In this document: one piece after another, positions 62,433-64,000 of the stretch
Numbering within the stretch: position 1 is the first letter of the stretch
Layout of the letters: every line of letters begins with the position of its first letter
NCBI GenBank assembly: GCA_951406725.2
Contig: OX597818.1
Span: 29,946,001-30,010,000, forward strand
Length of the DNA stretch: 64,000 nt
Direction: 5' to 3'
Source of the DNA: Octopus vulgaris
Taxonomy: Eukaryota
Notes under the pieces: model-generated
What the model was told of the DNA's origin: nothing
Seen by the model: only the letters and a program-made list of their open reading frames with translations
Database searches by the model: none
Made by a program: the position numbers and the translations under genes

Positions 62433-62569
62433 TGTAAAATTGGTATATGCTGTTAAGCTACATGGCTATATTTGGTAGCTATTTAAATAATGTGTTCATG
62501 GATGGTTAAATGGTTGGATGTGATACTGAAGAAAGAGCAAGAACTTTTGAGATATGCATATACACCGTT
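62433..62569 (+). repeat. About 137-bp direct repeat, copy 2
   Basis: tgtaaaattggtatatgctgttaagc...gagatatgcatatacaccgtt; about two differences from copy 1. Confidence 0.85.
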
Positions 62570-62944
62570 TAGATTAAATCTCTGCCATCAAGTATACAAG
62601 ACAATATATCATTAATAAGAAATCATCATCTAAATTAAATATTATTTCAGTCTTGTTACATCAATGAGGTCTTGGTATTTAGAATTACTTTCTCTATATT
62701 TCTGCCAATAAGAGCTGTTAAGTTACTCCAGGTCCTCTAGGTGATTGTTTGCCTTTAGGTGGCTAAGACAACTTCCTGTTTTTATTTTGGTGCAGCAGAC
62801 ATTATGCCATTTTTCAAAAATCCCAGAACCCATATCTATATTTTATGAACCATCCCTATCAGATGAAGTAAAAATTTAAATTGAAATTGTTCAAAACTCA
62901 GTACAATGTGGAATGAAATATAAGCATAAAATAATAAATAAGCC

Positions 62945-63340
62945 TTTCTAATATAGGCACAAGGCCTGAAATTGTGGGGCAGGGACTATTCAATTACATC
63001 GACCCCCAGTATTTCACTCATACTTAATTTATTGACCCTGAAAGGATGAAAGGCAAAGTTGACCTCAGCAGAATTTGAACTCAGAACGTAGTGACAGATG
63101 AAATACCTATTTCTTTACTACACACAAGGGGCTAAACTCAGAGAGGACAAACAAGGACAGACAAATGGATTAAGTCGATTATATCGACCCCAGTGCATAA
63201 CTGGATATTTATTTAATCGACTCCGAAAGGATGAAAGGCAAAGTTGACCTCGGCGGAATTTGAACTCAGAACATAGCGGCAGACGAAATACCGCAAAGCA
63301 TTTCGCCGGGCGTGCTAATGTTTCTGCCAGCTCACCACCT
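62945..63340 (-). mobile_element. Two adjacent or nested SINE family A copies
   Basis: The core gaaaggatgaaaggcaaagttgacctc..gaatttgaactcagaac occurs twice (about 63040 and 63226). Confidence 0.85.
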
Positions 63341-63507
63341 TTAGAATAATAAATAATGAAGACAAAATGACAGCTTGCATTTTACATTATATTTCTATAT
63401 TTCAGGATCTATACTGCTTTGTCTTGAGAAAAACAGAGGATGGTGTTGAACTAGAATCTGTTACTCAGATATGTGGTAGGGGGTGAGAATTGTGACATGA
63501 TCAGGGA

Positions 63508-63920
63508 GGCATAGGCGCAGGAGTGGCTGTGTGGTAAGTAGCTTGCTTACCAACCACATGGTTCCGGGTTCAGTCCCATTGCGTGGCACCTTGGGCAAAT
63601 GTCTTCTACTATAGCGTCGGGCTGACCAAAGCCTTGTGAGTGGATTTGGTAGACGGAAACTGAAAGAAGCCCATCGTATATATGTATATATATATATAAG
63701 TGCATTTGTGTTTGTGTGTCTGTGTTTGTCCCCCTAGCATTGCTTGACAACCGATGCTGGTGTGTTTATGTCCCCGTAACTTAGTGGTTCGGCAAAAGAG
63801 ACCAATAGAATAAGTACTGGGCTTACAAAGAATAAGTCCCAGGGTCGAGTTGCTCGATTAAAGGTGGTGCTCCAGCATGGCTGCAGTCAAATGAATGAAA
63901 CAAGTAAAAGAGATAAAAAG
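63508..63920 (+). mobile_element. SINE family B, full length
   Basis: ggcgcaggagtggctgtgtggtaag (A-box-like)...gggttcagtccc (B-box-like)...accttgggcaa...gaaacaagtaaaagag tail. Confidence 0.88.
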
Positions 63921-64000
63921 AAAGAGAGGCATAGTTACATTAACCAATCTGATTTCTATCCCCAGTTGGTTTCACTTTTACTTACATTATTGATATATAT

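Overview
AT-rich, microsatellite-dense animal genomic DNA, most likely a coleoid cephalopod such as Octopus (inferred from the RTE LINE, tRNA-SINE and microsatellite landscape; not verified). Two spliced host genes converge tail-to-tail. (1) The last three coding exons of NOSIP (+; 1862-1932, 2705-2813, 6526-6597). (2) A five-exon gene on the minus strand that the ORF track does not assemble (52029-51963, 48912-48811, 30620-30376, 26890-26824, 21747-20479), encoding signal peptide + one divergent Cys-rich MAM domain + Thr/Pro mucin VNTR + TM helix + short tail. A 2-nt deletion inside the VNTR at about 21157 would, as assembled, remove the TM. The rest is mostly transposons: many RTE LINE pieces (one near-complete ORF2 with an inserted PHD-like finger), a young full-length Ty3/Gypsy element with a canonical -1 frameshift signal, a full-length mariner, CR1, Dong/R4 and Penelope-like elements, and two SINE families. 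Non-coding DNA also holds a recurring set of fold-back or direct-repeat units, often next to (TA)n, carrying whole or half minimal hammerhead-ribozyme motifs. All calls were made by eye; boundaries of decayed elements are approximate.
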